This document shows positions 19,370-28,868 of a stretch of DNA of 64,000 nucleotides, in pieces (the first letter of the stretch is position 1; each line of letters opens with the position of its first letter). The translations under genes and the position numbers were made by a program. The notes under the pieces are model-generated. The model made no database searches and was not told the origin of the DNA. It saw only the letters and a program-made list of their open reading frames with translations. Origin of the DNA: an uncultured delta proteobacterium (GTDB taxonomy: Bacteria > Myxococcota > Myxococcia > Myxococcales > Anaeromyxobacteraceae); assembly GCA_963828255.1 (NCBI GenBank), contig CAWHDZ010000027.1:96001-160000 (forward strand). The letters run 5' to 3'.

Positions 19370-21183
19370 GCGCCCCCGGCGGCGCCGCCGCCGACACCCT
19401 GCCCAAGCTCCTCGCGGCGCGGGCCGCCCTCCACCCGGAGGCGGTGGCCCTGCGCGAGAAGGAGTACGGCATCTGGCAGCGGGTGACCTGGCAGGGCTAC
19501 CTCGACCACGTGCGGCGGGCCTGCATGGGCTTCGTGGCGCTCGGCCTCACCCAGGGCGACAAGGTCGCCATCCTCTCCGAGAACCGGCGCGAGTGGCTCT
19601 TCGCCGAGCTGGGCGCCATGGCGGCCGGCGCGGTGGGCGTGGGGGTCTACCCGACCAGTCCGTCCAACGAGGTGCAGTACGTCCTGGCCCACTCGGGCGC
19701 CACCATCGTGGTGGCCGAGGACCAGGAGCAGGTCGACAAGATCCTCGAGGTGGGCGACCGGCTGCCGGACGTCCGCCACATCGTGGTCCCCGAGACCAAG
19801 GGGCTGCGCAGCTACGCGGACCCCCGCATCCTCTCCTGGGACGAGCTGGAGGAGCGGGGCGAGCGGCTCTCCGGGGAGCGGCCGGGACGGTTCGAGGAGC
19901 TGGTCCTGGCCACCCGCCCCGACGACGTGGCCTTCCTCATCTACACCTCGGGCACCACCGGCTTCCCCAAGGGGGCCATGATCTCCCACCGCAACGTGCT
20001 CGGGCAGGCCCGGGCCGCCGCGCTCGCCACCGGGATCGGCGGCGCCGACTCGGTGGTCTCCTACCTGCCCCTCTGCCACGTGGCCGAGCAGATCTTCTCG
20101 GCCTACCTGCCGCTCCAGCTGGGCATGACGGTGAGCTTCGCCGAGGGCATCCGCACCATCCAGGAGGACCTGCGCGAGATCGCACCCACGGTGTTCCTGG
20201 GCGTGCCGCGCATCTGGGAGAAGATGCAGGCCGGCATCCAGGTGAAGATCCAGGAGACCGGGCCGCTGCGCCGCGCCCTCTTCGAGGGGGCCATGGAGCG
20301 GGGACGGAAGCGCGCCCTGCGCCGCCTGGCCGGAAAGCCGGCCGGGGCGCTCGAGCGGCTCGCCGCGGCGCTCGACCACCTGCTCGTGCTCCGCGCGCTG
20401 CAGAACTACGTCGGCCTGCGGCGGACCCGGGCCACCTTCTCGGCCGCCGCCGCCATCTCCCCCGAGGTGCTGCTCTTCTTCCACGCCATGGGCATCCCGG
20501 TGCGCGAGGGGTACGGGATGACCGAGTGCACCGGCTTCTCCTTCGTGCAGCGCGAGGGGGAGGTCCGGCTGGGGACGGTGGGGCGCCCGCTCGACGGGCT
20601 CGCGTTCCGGCTGGCCGACGACGGGGAGCTCCTCAAGCGCGGCGAGACCATCTTCCTCGGCTACTACCGGGACGAGAAGGCCACCGCCGAGGTGCTCGAG
20701 GGAGGCTGGCTCCACACCGGCGACGTGGCCGTCCTCGACCCGGACGGCCACCTGCGCATCGTGGACCGCAAGAAGGCCATCTTCGTCACCTCGGGGGGCA
20801 AGAACGTCTCGCCCTCCCTGGTGGAGAACACCCTCAAGGTCTCGCCGTACATCAAGGAGGCGGTGGTCCTCGGCGAGGGGGAGAAGTTCGTGTCGGCGCT
20901 GGTCCAGATCGACTTCGAGAACGTCGGACAGTGGGCGACGGAGCGGAAGCTGGCCTATACGAACTTCCGCAGCCTGACCCTCCTCCCCGAGGTGCGCGAG
21001 CTCATGGACCGGGAGGTGGACCGGGCCAACCAGGGGCTCGCGCCCGTGGAGCAGGTCCGCAAGTTCCGGCTCCTCGAGAAGGAGCTGGACCACGACGACA
21101 ACGAGGTCACCGCGACCATGAAGGTCCGCCGCAAGACCATCTACGAGAAGTTCGCGCCCCTCATCCGGGAGATCTACCAGTGA
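19357..21183 (+). CDS. Long-chain fatty acid--CoA ligase (AMP-binding)
   Basis: YTSGTTGFPKG, YLPLCHVAE, EGYGMTE, WLHTGD, DRKK..GGKNV, TMKVRR. Confidence 0.93.
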   Translation: MALLSAPGGAAADTLPKLLAARAALHPEAVALREKEYGIWQRVTWQGYLDHVRRACMGFVALGLTQGDKVAILSENRREWLFAELGAMAAGAVGVGVYPTSPSNEVQYVLAHSGATIVVAEDQEQVDKILEVGDRLPDVRHIVVPETKGLRSYADPRILSWDELEERGERLSGERPGRFEELVLATRPDDVAFLIYTSGTTGFPKGAMISHRNVLGQARAAALATGIGGADSVVSYLPLCHVAEQIFSAYLPLQLGMTVSFAEGIRTIQEDLREIAPTVFLGVPRIWEKMQAGIQVKIQETGPLRRALFEGAMERGRKRALRRLAGKPAGALERLAAALDHLLVLRALQNYVGLRRTRATFSAAAAISPEVLLFFHAMGIPVREGYGMTECTGFSFVQREGEVRLGTVGRPLDGLAFRLADDGELLKRGETIFLGYYRDEKATAEVLEGGWLHTGDVAVLDPDGHLRIVDRKKAIFVTSGGKNVSPSLVENTLKVSPYIKEAVVLGEGEKFVSALVQIDFENVGQWATERKLAYTNFRSLTLLPEVRELMDREVDRANQGLAPVEQVRKFRLLEKELDHDDNEVTATMKVRRKTIYEKFAPLIREIYQ

Positions 21184-22328
21184 CGCGCAAGGAAGGGCTC
21201 CACGCGGCCATCGTGGGCTGGGGGAAGTGCCTGCCCCCCGCGGTGCTCACCAACGCCGACCTGGCCTCGTTCATCGAGACCGACGACGAGTGGATCGCCT
21301 CGCGCACCGGCATGCGGGAGCGGCGCATCTCCCACGTCCCGCTCTCCGAGGTCATCCACGTGGCCGCGTCCCGGGCGCTGGCCTGCGCCGGGATGGAGCC
21401 CTCGGAGCTCGACCTCATCGTGGTGGGCAGCACGCTGGGCGACGAGATCTGCCCCAACGTCTCCTCCGGCACCCAGAAGCGGCTCCAGGCCCGCAACGCC
21501 GCCGTCATGGACGTGAACACCGCCTGCACGAGCTTCCTCTACGGCCTGTCCTCGGCCACCGCCCTCATCCGCACCGGGGTCATCCGGACGGCGCTCGTGG
21601 TGGGGGCCGAGGCCCCGTCGCCCTTCATGGACTGGGACGACCGCAACACCGCCGTGCTCTTCGGCGACGGGTGCGGCGCGGTGGTGCTGCAGGCCTCGGG
21701 ACGCGAGGAGGGGCTGCTCGCCGAACGGCTGGGCTGCTACGGCGACGCACGCTCCATCCTCGACATCCGGGGGGTCGGCGCCCGCTACGCCAATCAGGGC
21801 ATCCCCGGCGGGTACTCGTCCTGGAGCTTCGACGGCCAGGAGATCTTCAAGAAGGCCGTCATCGGCATGACCCTGGCCAGCCAGGAGGCGCTGGCGAAGC
21901 GCGGGCTCGCCATCGGCGACGTGGACCTCATGATCCCCCACCAGGCCAACCGCCGCATCATCGACGCGGTGGGGAAGCGGGTGGGCATCGACCCGGCCAA
22001 GGTCTTCGTGAACGTGCACCGGTACGGGAACATGTCGGCAGCCACCGTGCCGGTGGCGCTCGTCGAGGCCCTGGAGGAGGGGCGCGTGAAGCCCGGGGCG
22101 ACGCTGCTGCTCCCCGCCTTCGGGGCAGGGCTCACCTGGTGCGCCCACGTCGTCCGCTGGGGCCAGCGCACCACGCCGCTCGGGACGAGCGACCTTGAAC
22201 TCTCCCCCTGCGACCGCACCGGGCTGGAACTCGTGAACGACCTGCGGGCCCGCCGGGCCCTCTACCATCAGGCCGCCGCGCCCTTCATCGAGGCCGCTCG
22301 ACATCTCCTCGACGAGCCCGCCGCGTAG
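21180..22328 (+). CDS. fabH: Beta-ketoacyl-ACP synthase III (FabH family)
   Basis: Triad ACTSF / PHQAN / GNMS; LFGDG; FGAGLTW; GTG start overlapping the ligase stop. Confidence 0.88.
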   Translation: MTRKEGLHAAIVGWGKCLPPAVLTNADLASFIETDDEWIASRTGMRERRISHVPLSEVIHVAASRALACAGMEPSELDLIVVGSTLGDEICPNVSSGTQKRLQARNAAVMDVNTACTSFLYGLSSATALIRTGVIRTALVVGAEAPSPFMDWDDRNTAVLFGDGCGAVVLQASGREEGLLAERLGCYGDARSILDIRGVGARYANQGIPGGYSSWSFDGQEIFKKAVIGMTLASQEALAKRGLAIGDVDLMIPHQANRRIIDAVGKRVGIDPAKVFVNVHRYGNMSAATVPVALVEALEEGRVKPGATLLLPAFGAGLTWCAHVVRWGQRTTPLGTSDLELSPCDRTGLELVNDLRARRALYHQAAAPFIEAARHLLDEPAA

Positions 22329-22346
22329 CCAGTATCATCCCGGGCC

Positions 22347-23543
22347 ATGCCCATCCCCGCCCCCACCGTCGGAGAGCTCGCCCCCGCCGTCCGCCTGCTG
22401 CTCGGCCCCGGCCCGAGCCCGGTCCACCCGCGCGTCTACCGGGCCATGACCACGCCGCAGCTCGGCCACCTCGACCCCCAGTTCCTGGTCATCATGAACG
22501 AGGTGCAGGCCCAGCTGCGCTTCGCCTTCCAGACCGCCAACCCCTTCACCATCGCCGTCTCCGGGACGGGCTCGGCCGGGATGGAGGCCGCGCTCGTCAA
22601 CGTGATCGAGCCGGGCGACACGGTGATCATCTGCGCCGCCGGCGTCTTCGGCAACCGCATGGCCGACATCGTCGGCCGCTGCGGCGGGAAGCTGGTGAAG
22701 CTCGAGGTTCCCTGGGGGCAGGTCTTCCCCCACGCCGCCATCGAGGAGGCCCTGAAGCAGCACGCCCCGGTGAAGGCGGTGGGCATCGTCCACGCCGAGA
22801 CCTCCACCGGCGCGCAGCAGCCCATGGAAGGGCTCGGCAAGCTCTGCCACGCCCACGGCGCGCTGCTCGTGGTGGACACGGTCACCTCGCTGGGCGGCGT
22901 GCCCGTCGAGGTGGACGGCTGGGAGGCCGACGCCGTCTACTCGGGAACGCAGAAGTGCCTCTCCTGCCCGCCCGGGCTGGCCCCCTTCACCCTCTCGCCC
23001 CGCGCGCTCGACGCGGTGCGGGCCCGCAAGACCAAGGTGCAGTCCTGGTACCTCGACGCCGGGATGGTCGCGGACTACTGGGCGGAGGGGAAGCGCGTCT
23101 ACCACCACACCGCCCCCATCACCATGGTCTACGCGCTGCGCGAGGCCCTGCGGCTGGTCTGCGAGGAGGGGCTCGAGCCCCGCTTCGCACGCCACCGCCG
23201 CAACGCCGCGGCCCTCATCGCCGGCTTCGCCGCGCTGGGGGCGAAGCCGCTCTCCGCCGACGGGCAGCGGCTCCCCTCGCTCAACGCCGTGACCCCTCCG
23301 GAGGGCGTGGACGAGGCCGCCGTGCGCAAGTACGTCCTCGCCGAGCACGACATCGAGATCGGCGGCGGGCTCGGGCCGCTGGCCGGCAAGCTCTGGCGCA
23401 TCGGCCTCATGGGCTACGGCTCCAGCCAGACCAACGTGCTGGCCGTCCTCTCGGCCATCGAGCAGGGCATGCGCAAGCAGGGCAAGGCGGTCGCCCCCGG
23501 GACCGCCGCCTCGGCCGCGCTGCGCGCCTACGACGCCGGGTGA
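22347..23543 (+). CDS. Alanine--glyoxylate / serine--pyruvate aminotransferase (class V PLP)
   Basis: LLLGPGPS, HAETSTG, VDTVTSLGG, SGTQKCL, YHHT, WRIGLMG. Confidence 0.92.
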   Translation: MPIPAPTVGELAPAVRLLLGPGPSPVHPRVYRAMTTPQLGHLDPQFLVIMNEVQAQLRFAFQTANPFTIAVSGTGSAGMEAALVNVIEPGDTVIICAAGVFGNRMADIVGRCGGKLVKLEVPWGQVFPHAAIEEALKQHAPVKAVGIVHAETSTGAQQPMEGLGKLCHAHGALLVVDTVTSLGGVPVEVDGWEADAVYSGTQKCLSCPPGLAPFTLSPRALDAVRARKTKVQSWYLDAGMVADYWAEGKRVYHHTAPITMVYALREALRLVCEEGLEPRFARHRRNAAALIAGFAALGAKPLSADGQRLPSLNAVTPPEGVDEAAVRKYVLAEHDIEIGGGLGPLAGKLWRIGLMGYGSSQTNVLAVLSAIEQGMRKQGKAVAPGTAASAALRAYDAG

Positions 23544-23553
23544 ACCTCCCCCC

Positions 23554-25020
23554 ATGAGCGGACCCGCCTCCCTCCCCGAGCTGGCCAGCCGCATGGCGGC
23601 GGTGGTGGGCGCGCGCAACTGCTTCTCGGCCGGACCCGACCTCCTCACCTACGAGTGCGACGGGTTGACCCATGGTCGAACCCGTCCCGACCTGGTGGTG
23701 CTGCCCGGCTCCACCGCCGAGGTGGTCGAGGTGATGCGCCTGGCCCGGGCCTCGGGCCGGCCCATCGTGCCGCGCGGCTCGGGCACCGGCCTCTCCGGTG
23801 GCGCCCGCCCGGTCCCCGGCTGCGTGGTGGTGGCCCTCTCCCGCATGCGCCGCATCCTCGAGGTGAACCTGGAGGACGGCTGGATCCGGGTCGAGCCGGG
23901 GGTGCTCAACCTCGACGTCACGAAGCACGTCTCGGCCGCGGGCCACTACTACGCGCCCGACCCCTCCTCGCAGAGCATCTGCTCCATCGGCGGGAACGTC
24001 GCCGAGAACTCGGGCGGGGCCCACTGCCTCAAGTACGGCTTCACGGTGAACCACGTGCTGGGCGCCCGCCTGGTGCTCCACGACGGCAAGGTGGTGGACA
24101 TCGGCGGACCGGCCCTCGACGCCCCCGGCCACGACCTGCTGGCCGCGCTGGTGGGGAGCGAGGGCATGCTGGGCATCGTCACCGAGGTGACCCTGCGGCT
24201 CCTGCGCAAGCCCGAGGCCACCCGGACCTTCTTCGCCACCTTCCCCTCGACCGACGAGGGGGGCGAGGCGGTCTCGCGCATCATCGCCGCCGGGATCCTG
24301 CCGGCCGCCATCGAGATGATGGACCGGCTGGCCATCGAGGCGGCCAAGGCCGCCACCGGGCTCGACTGGCCCGACGTGGGCGCGGCGCTGCTCATGGACG
24401 CCGACGGCCCGGCCGCCGAGGTGGAGGACCTCTCCGCACGCGCGGTGAAGATCGCCCGCGAGGTGGGCGCGCTCGAGCTGCGGCTCCCCAGGAGCGAGGC
24501 CGAGCGGCAGCTCATGTGGAAGGGGCGCAAGAGCGCCTTCGCCGCGGTGGGGCGCATCTCCCCCAACTACCTGGTGGAGGACGGCACCATCCCCCGCTCC
24601 GAGATCGCGCCGGTGCTGCGCGAGATCGAGTCCATGGCCAAGGACAACGGCCTGCGGGTCGCCAACGTCTTCCACGCCGGCGACGGCAACCTCCACCCGC
24701 TCGTGCTCTACGACGCCCGCAACGGCGGCGAGGAGGAGCGGGCCGAGACCCTGGGCGGCGACATCCTGCGGATGTGCGTGCGGCGCGGCGGCTCCATCAC
24801 CGGGGAGCACGGGGTGGGAGCCGAGAAGGCCGCCTACATGGCCGACATGTACGGCGAGTCCGACCTCGAGACCATGCAGTGGATCCGCTCCGCCTTCGAC
24901 CCGGAGGAGGCCATGAACCCGGGCAAGGTCTTCCCGAAGCTGCGGCTCTGCGGCGAGAAGCCCGGGCCAGGCGGCCTGGAGCACCCCGCCGTGAAGTCGG
25001 GCGAGGTGCAGCGATGGTGA
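23554..25020 (+). CDS. glcD: Glycolate oxidase FAD-linked subunit
   Basis: PRGSGTGLSGG, YAPDPSS, GGNVAENSGG, FHAGDGNLHP, GEHGVG. Confidence 0.88.
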   Translation: MSGPASLPELASRMAAVVGARNCFSAGPDLLTYECDGLTHGRTRPDLVVLPGSTAEVVEVMRLARASGRPIVPRGSGTGLSGGARPVPGCVVVALSRMRRILEVNLEDGWIRVEPGVLNLDVTKHVSAAGHYYAPDPSSQSICSIGGNVAENSGGAHCLKYGFTVNHVLGARLVLHDGKVVDIGGPALDAPGHDLLAALVGSEGMLGIVTEVTLRLLRKPEATRTFFATFPSTDEGGEAVSRIIAAGILPAAIEMMDRLAIEAAKAATGLDWPDVGAALLMDADGPAAEVEDLSARAVKIAREVGALELRLPRSEAERQLMWKGRKSAFAAVGRISPNYLVEDGTIPRSEIAPVLREIESMAKDNGLRVANVFHAGDGNLHPLVLYDARNGGEEERAETLGGDILRMCVRRGGSITGEHGVGAEKAAYMADMYGESDLETMQWIRSAFDPEEAMNPGKVFPKLRLCGEKPGPGGLEHPAVKSGEVQRW

Positions 25021-26246
25021 CGCGCGAGCGCCCCGGGACCGCCGACGACGCCGTGCAGGGCGCGGTGCCGCGGCTCGTCCTCGAGCCCTCCACGGTCGAG
25101 GAGGCGGCCGAGGCCATGGCCCGCGCCGCCGCCGAGAAGCTCGCGGTGGCCTTCGTGGGCGGCGGCACCGACCTGGGACTGGGCGCCCGCCCGGCCCGGC
25201 TCGACGCCGTCCTCCGGACCGGCGGGCTCGCGCGCCTGGTGGACCACGCCCCGGCCGACCAGGTGGTCACCGCCGAGGCCGGCATGACGCTGGCGGCGCT
25301 CTCCGGGGTGCTGGCCGGGCACCGGCAGCGGCTCGCCCTCGACGCCCCGTTCCCGGGGAGGGCCACGGTGGGCGGCGTGGTGGCCGCCAACGCCTTCGGC
25401 CCGCGGCGGGCCCGCTTCGGGGCCGCGCGCGATCTCGTGCTGGGCGTCTCGGTGGTGCGCGCCGACGGGGTGGCGGCGCGGGGCGGCGCCAAGGTGGTGA
25501 AGAACGTGGCCGGCTTCGACCTGCCGCGCCTCATGGTGGGCTCGCTGGGGACGCTGGCGCTCCTCACCCGCGTCACCTTCCGGGTGCACCCGCTCCCCGA
25601 GACCGAGGGCACCGTCCTCTTCCCCGGGCTCGACGTCGACCAGGTCCGGTCGCTCTCCGCCGCCTGGCGCGCGGCGCAGCTCGAGCCGGTGTCGGCGGTG
25701 GCCCTCTTCGCCTCCGACCGGCTCGACCTGGGGGTCCGCTTCGAGGGGTTCGAGGCCGGCGTGGCAGACCAGGTGGGGCGGCTCCTCGCGCTCGCCGCCA
25801 AGGCCGGGCTCCCCGGCGAGCGGCTCCCGGCTCCCGGCGCGGCCGGCTTCTGGGCCCGGCACGACGCGGTCCGCGAGCGGGGTTCGCTCCGCGTGAAGCT
25901 CTCCGCGCCGCCCTCCCGCCTCGGCGAGATGGCCCGGTCCTGGCTGCCGCCGCTCCTCGGCGAGCTCTCCCCGGGCGCGGCCGCCCTCTACCCCACGCTG
26001 GGTCTGGCCTTCGCCTCGGGCGAGCCGGCCTCGGCGGCGGGGCTGGTGGCGGGGATCCGGGACGCCCGCGCCGCCATCGTCGCCGCGGGGGGCTCGCTCA
26101 CCATCGGGGAGGCCCCCCCGGCCATCCGGCCCGCCGTCGATCCGTGGGGGCCGCCGCCGCCGTCCATCGATCTCATGCGCGCGCTCAAGGAACGCTTCGA
26201 CCCCGACCGGCGGCTCGCGCCCGGACGCTTCGTGGGGGGCATCTGA
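25014..26246 (+). CDS. glcE: Glycolate oxidase FAD-binding subunit
   Basis: ATVGGVVA, GAKVVKNVAGFDL, FDPDRRLAPGRF; between glcD and glcF. Confidence 0.85.
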   Translation: MVTRERPGTADDAVQGAVPRLVLEPSTVEEAAEAMARAAAEKLAVAFVGGGTDLGLGARPARLDAVLRTGGLARLVDHAPADQVVTAEAGMTLAALSGVLAGHRQRLALDAPFPGRATVGGVVAANAFGPRRARFGAARDLVLGVSVVRADGVAARGGAKVVKNVAGFDLPRLMVGSLGTLALLTRVTFRVHPLPETEGTVLFPGLDVDQVRSLSAAWRAAQLEPVSAVALFASDRLDLGVRFEGFEAGVADQVGRLLALAAKAGLPGERLPAPGAAGFWARHDAVRERGSLRVKLSAPPSRLGEMARSWLPPLLGELSPGAAALYPTLGLAFASGEPASAAGLVAGIRDARAAIVAAGGSLTIGEAPPAIRPAVDPWGPPPPSIDLMRALKERFDPDRRLAPGRFVGGI

Positions 26247-27529
26247 TGTCCGGGGCCGGTCGCCACCCCGCGCTCGACTGCGTCCACTGCGGCTTCTGCC
26301 TGCCGGTCTGCCCCACCTGGACCGTCTGGGGGCGCGAGCCCGACTCGCCGCGCGGCCGCATCGAGATCGCCCGGGCCATGCTCGACGGCGCGACGCCCAC
26401 CGCCGAGATGGTCTCCCACCTCGACTCCTGCCTGGGCTGCATGGCCTGCCTGGCCGCCTGCCCATCCGGCGTGCGCTACGACGCGGTCATCGAGGAGGCC
26501 CGCTCCCGGGTCGAGGCCTCGGGAGTGCGGACCCCGGCCGACGCCGGCCGCCGCTCGGCCATCTTCTCCCTCTTCCCCCACCCGGGCCGGTTGCGGGTGG
26601 CGGCGGTCTTCCTCTGGCTCTGGCGGGTCACCGGCCTGCGCTGGCTCACCAGGGCCCTGGGCCTCACCCGGCTCCTGCCCTTCATCGGCCGCCTCGACGC
26701 GCTGGCGCCCGACCTGGGGTTCGGAGAGGTGACGTCGAGCCTCCCGGCCGGCGCCCGGGCGGCGGGGACGAGCCGCGGGCGGGTGGCGCTGGTGGGAGGC
26801 TGCGTGCAGCGGGTCTTCTTCCCCGGGGTGAACGAGGCCACGCTGCGGGTGCTCTCGGCCGAGGGCTACGACGTCGTGGTCCCCCTGGGGCAGGGCTGCT
26901 GCGGCGCGCTCTCCGTCCACGCCGGGCGGGACGAGGAGGCCCGCGCCATGACCCGCGCCCTGGTGGAGCGGCTCGAGGCCTCGGGCGCCGGCACCTTCCT
27001 GGTCAACGCCGCCGGCTGCGGATCGCACCTGAAGGACCTGGGGCATCTCTTCCGGAGCGACCCGGCCTGGCGGGACCGGGCCGTGCAGTTTTCACGGAAG
27101 GTGAAGGACGTCACCGAGTTCCTGGCCGCGGTGGCCCCCCGGGCGGCGCGCCACCCCATCCCGGGGAAGGTCGCCTACCACTCCCCCTGCCACCTGGGGC
27201 ACGCCCAGGGCATCCAGGACCCGCCGCGGGCGCTGCTCCGCGCCATCCCCGGGCTCGAGCTCGTCGAGGTCGCCGAGGGAGACCAGTGCTGCGGCAGCGC
27301 CGGCATCTACAACCTGGTGCAGGTCGAGGCCTCCGACGAGCTGGGGGCGCGCAAGGCGGCCAACGTGCTGGCCACGGGCGCGCCGTATCTCGCCAGCGCC
27401 AACCCGGGGTGCACGTTGCAGGTCCAGAGGGTGCTGCGCGAGAAGGGGGCGTCGGTCCAGGCCGCGCACCCCATCGAGATCCTCGACGCGTCGATCCAGG
27501 GGAAGCCGTTCCCGGGACGGCCGCGGTAG
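26246..27529 (+). CDS. glcF: Glycolate oxidase iron-sulfur subunit
   Basis: CVHCGFC..CPT, CLGCMAC...CPSG, two CCG motifs, ANPGC. Confidence 0.88.
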   Translation: MSGAGRHPALDCVHCGFCLPVCPTWTVWGREPDSPRGRIEIARAMLDGATPTAEMVSHLDSCLGCMACLAACPSGVRYDAVIEEARSRVEASGVRTPADAGRRSAIFSLFPHPGRLRVAAVFLWLWRVTGLRWLTRALGLTRLLPFIGRLDALAPDLGFGEVTSSLPAGARAAGTSRGRVALVGGCVQRVFFPGVNEATLRVLSAEGYDVVVPLGQGCCGALSVHAGRDEEARAMTRALVERLEASGAGTFLVNAAGCGSHLKDLGHLFRSDPAWRDRAVQFSRKVKDVTEFLAAVAPRAARHPIPGKVAYHSPCHLGHAQGIQDPPRALLRAIPGLELVEVAEGDQCCGSAGIYNLVQVEASDELGARKAANVLATGAPYLASANPGCTLQVQRVLREKGASVQAAHPIEILDASIQGKPFPGRPR

Positions 27530-27636
27530 CGCAGCCCGGGCGAATCCTTTGGCGACGGCGGGGCTCCTACCCGTGCCAGGCCGGGAGGTTCCCGCTAGAT
27601 CGAGGGTTCCCGCGTCGCGCGAAAGGACCGTTCCCC

Positions 27637-28029
27637 ATGAAGATCACGTTCGCCGCCCTCCTCCTCGCCATGGCCTTCCCGGCTCTCGCCGAGTCCGCCC
27701 TGGCCCCGTCCGGGGCCGTCGCTTCCGTCAAGCCCGGGGTGGTGGACGGGGCAACCGCGAAGCTGCTCGCCGCCTCCGGCGCGAAGGTGGTGGACGTCCG
27801 GACGCCCGGGGAGTTCGCCTCGGGCCACGTCCCGGGGGCCGTCAACATCCCCTTCGACGAGCTGCCCCGCCGCGCCGCCGAGATCGGGCCGACCTCCACC
27901 CCGGTGGTGCTCTACTGCCGCACCGGTCGCCGCAGCGGCATCGCCTCGGACGCCCTCCAGAAGGCCGGCTTCTCGAAGCTCTACGATTTCAAGTCGGTCA
28001 CCGCCTGGCCCGGAGAGCTGGCGAAGTGA
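27637..28029 (+). CDS. Exported rhodanese-like sulfurtransferase
   Basis: Signal peptide; VDVRTPGEF..GHVPGA; active loop CRTGRR. Confidence 0.88.
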   Translation: MKITFAALLLAMAFPALAESALAPSGAVASVKPGVVDGATAKLLAASGAKVVDVRTPGEFASGHVPGAVNIPFDELPRRAAEIGPTSTPVVLYCRTGRRSGIASDALQKAGFSKLYDFKSVTAWPGELAK

Positions 28030-28051
28030 TCCGCGGTGGCGCCGGGCGGCG

Positions 28052-28528
28052 CTACCCCTCGGCCTTCACCTGCTGGGCCAGGTAGTTCTGGATCCCCACC
28101 TGCTCGACCAGGGTCAGCTGCGCCTCAAGCCAGTCGGCGTGCTCCTCCTCGTCGACGAGGATCTCCTCGAGGAGCTCGGCGGTGCCGTTGTCGCCCTTTC
28201 CGCGGCAGAACTCGACCCCGGCGTTGAGCACCGGGATGGCCCGCTTCTCGAGGGCGAGGTCGCTCTGCAGCTGCTCGAGCACGGTCTCGCCGATCTCGAG
28301 CTTGCCCAGCTTCTGGAGGTTGGGCATGCCGTCCAGGTAGAGGATGCGCTGGATCACCTGATCGGCGTGCTGCATCTCCTCGATCGACTCGGCGCGGACC
28401 TTCTTCCAGAGCCGCTCGTAGCCCCAGTTCTCGCAGAGCCGGGCGTGCAGGAAGTACTGGTTGATGGCGGTGAGCTCGTTGACGAGCACCTCGTTGAGCA
28501 GCGCGATGACCTTGGCGTCACCCTTCAT
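28052..28528 (-). CDS. bfr: Bacterioferritin
   Basis: MKG start, [11 protein letters not shown], heme Met in [17 protein letters not shown]. Confidence 0.96.
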   Translation of the reverse strand: MKGDAKVIALLNEVLVNELTAINQYFLHARLCENWGYERLWKKVRAESIEEMQHADQVIQRILYLDGMPNLQKLGKLEIGETVLEQLQSDLALEKRAIPVLNAGVEFCRGKGDNGTAELLEEILVDEEEHADWLEAQLTLVEQVGIQNYLAQQVKAEG

Positions 28529-28546
28529 GTCGTCTCTCCTCGGCGG

Positions 28547-28756
28547 CTAGGCGGCCAGGCCGTTGCTGGGGCAGCCCGTGCAGGGAGTGGGACGGCACGG
28601 GCGGGCGGCGGCCACGATACGCTCGACCGACTCCGCGCAGCAACCACAGTCGGTGCCCGCGCCGGTGGACCGGACGATCTCCTTGAGCGAGCGCCCGGCC
28701 TCGGCGGCCATGCGCAGCTCGCGATCGGACACGACACGGCAGGAGCAGACGATCAT
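28547..28756 (-). CDS. bfd: Bacterioferritin-associated ferredoxin (2Fe-2S)
   Basis: MIVCSC ... GTDCGCC; directly upstream of bfr. Confidence 0.9.
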   Translation of the reverse strand: MIVCSCRVVSDRELRMAAEAGRSLKEIVRSTGAGTDCGCCAESVERIVAAARPCRPTPCTGCPSNGLAA

Positions 28757-28796
28757 TGCGCCCTCCGGCCGGGAGCCCCGGCCGCTGATTCAATCT

Positions 28797-28811
28797 TGAG
28801 AATCATTATCA
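28797..28811. promoter_or_regulatory. Fur box upstream of bfd-bfr
   Basis: TGAGAATCATTATCA matches the 7-1-7 consensus TGATAATnATTATCA with one mismatch; AT-rich island 41 bp before the bfd start. Confidence 0.85.
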
Positions 28812-28868
28812 GCATGCTCCGTCCGGGTCAAGTCCTTCCCGGCCGCCCTCCCGGACGTAGAATCCGGC

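Noticed and set aside
27587..27613. GGTTCCCGC direct repeat upstream of the rhodanese gene
   Set aside because: Only two 9-bp GC-rich copies; cannot be distinguished from chance.
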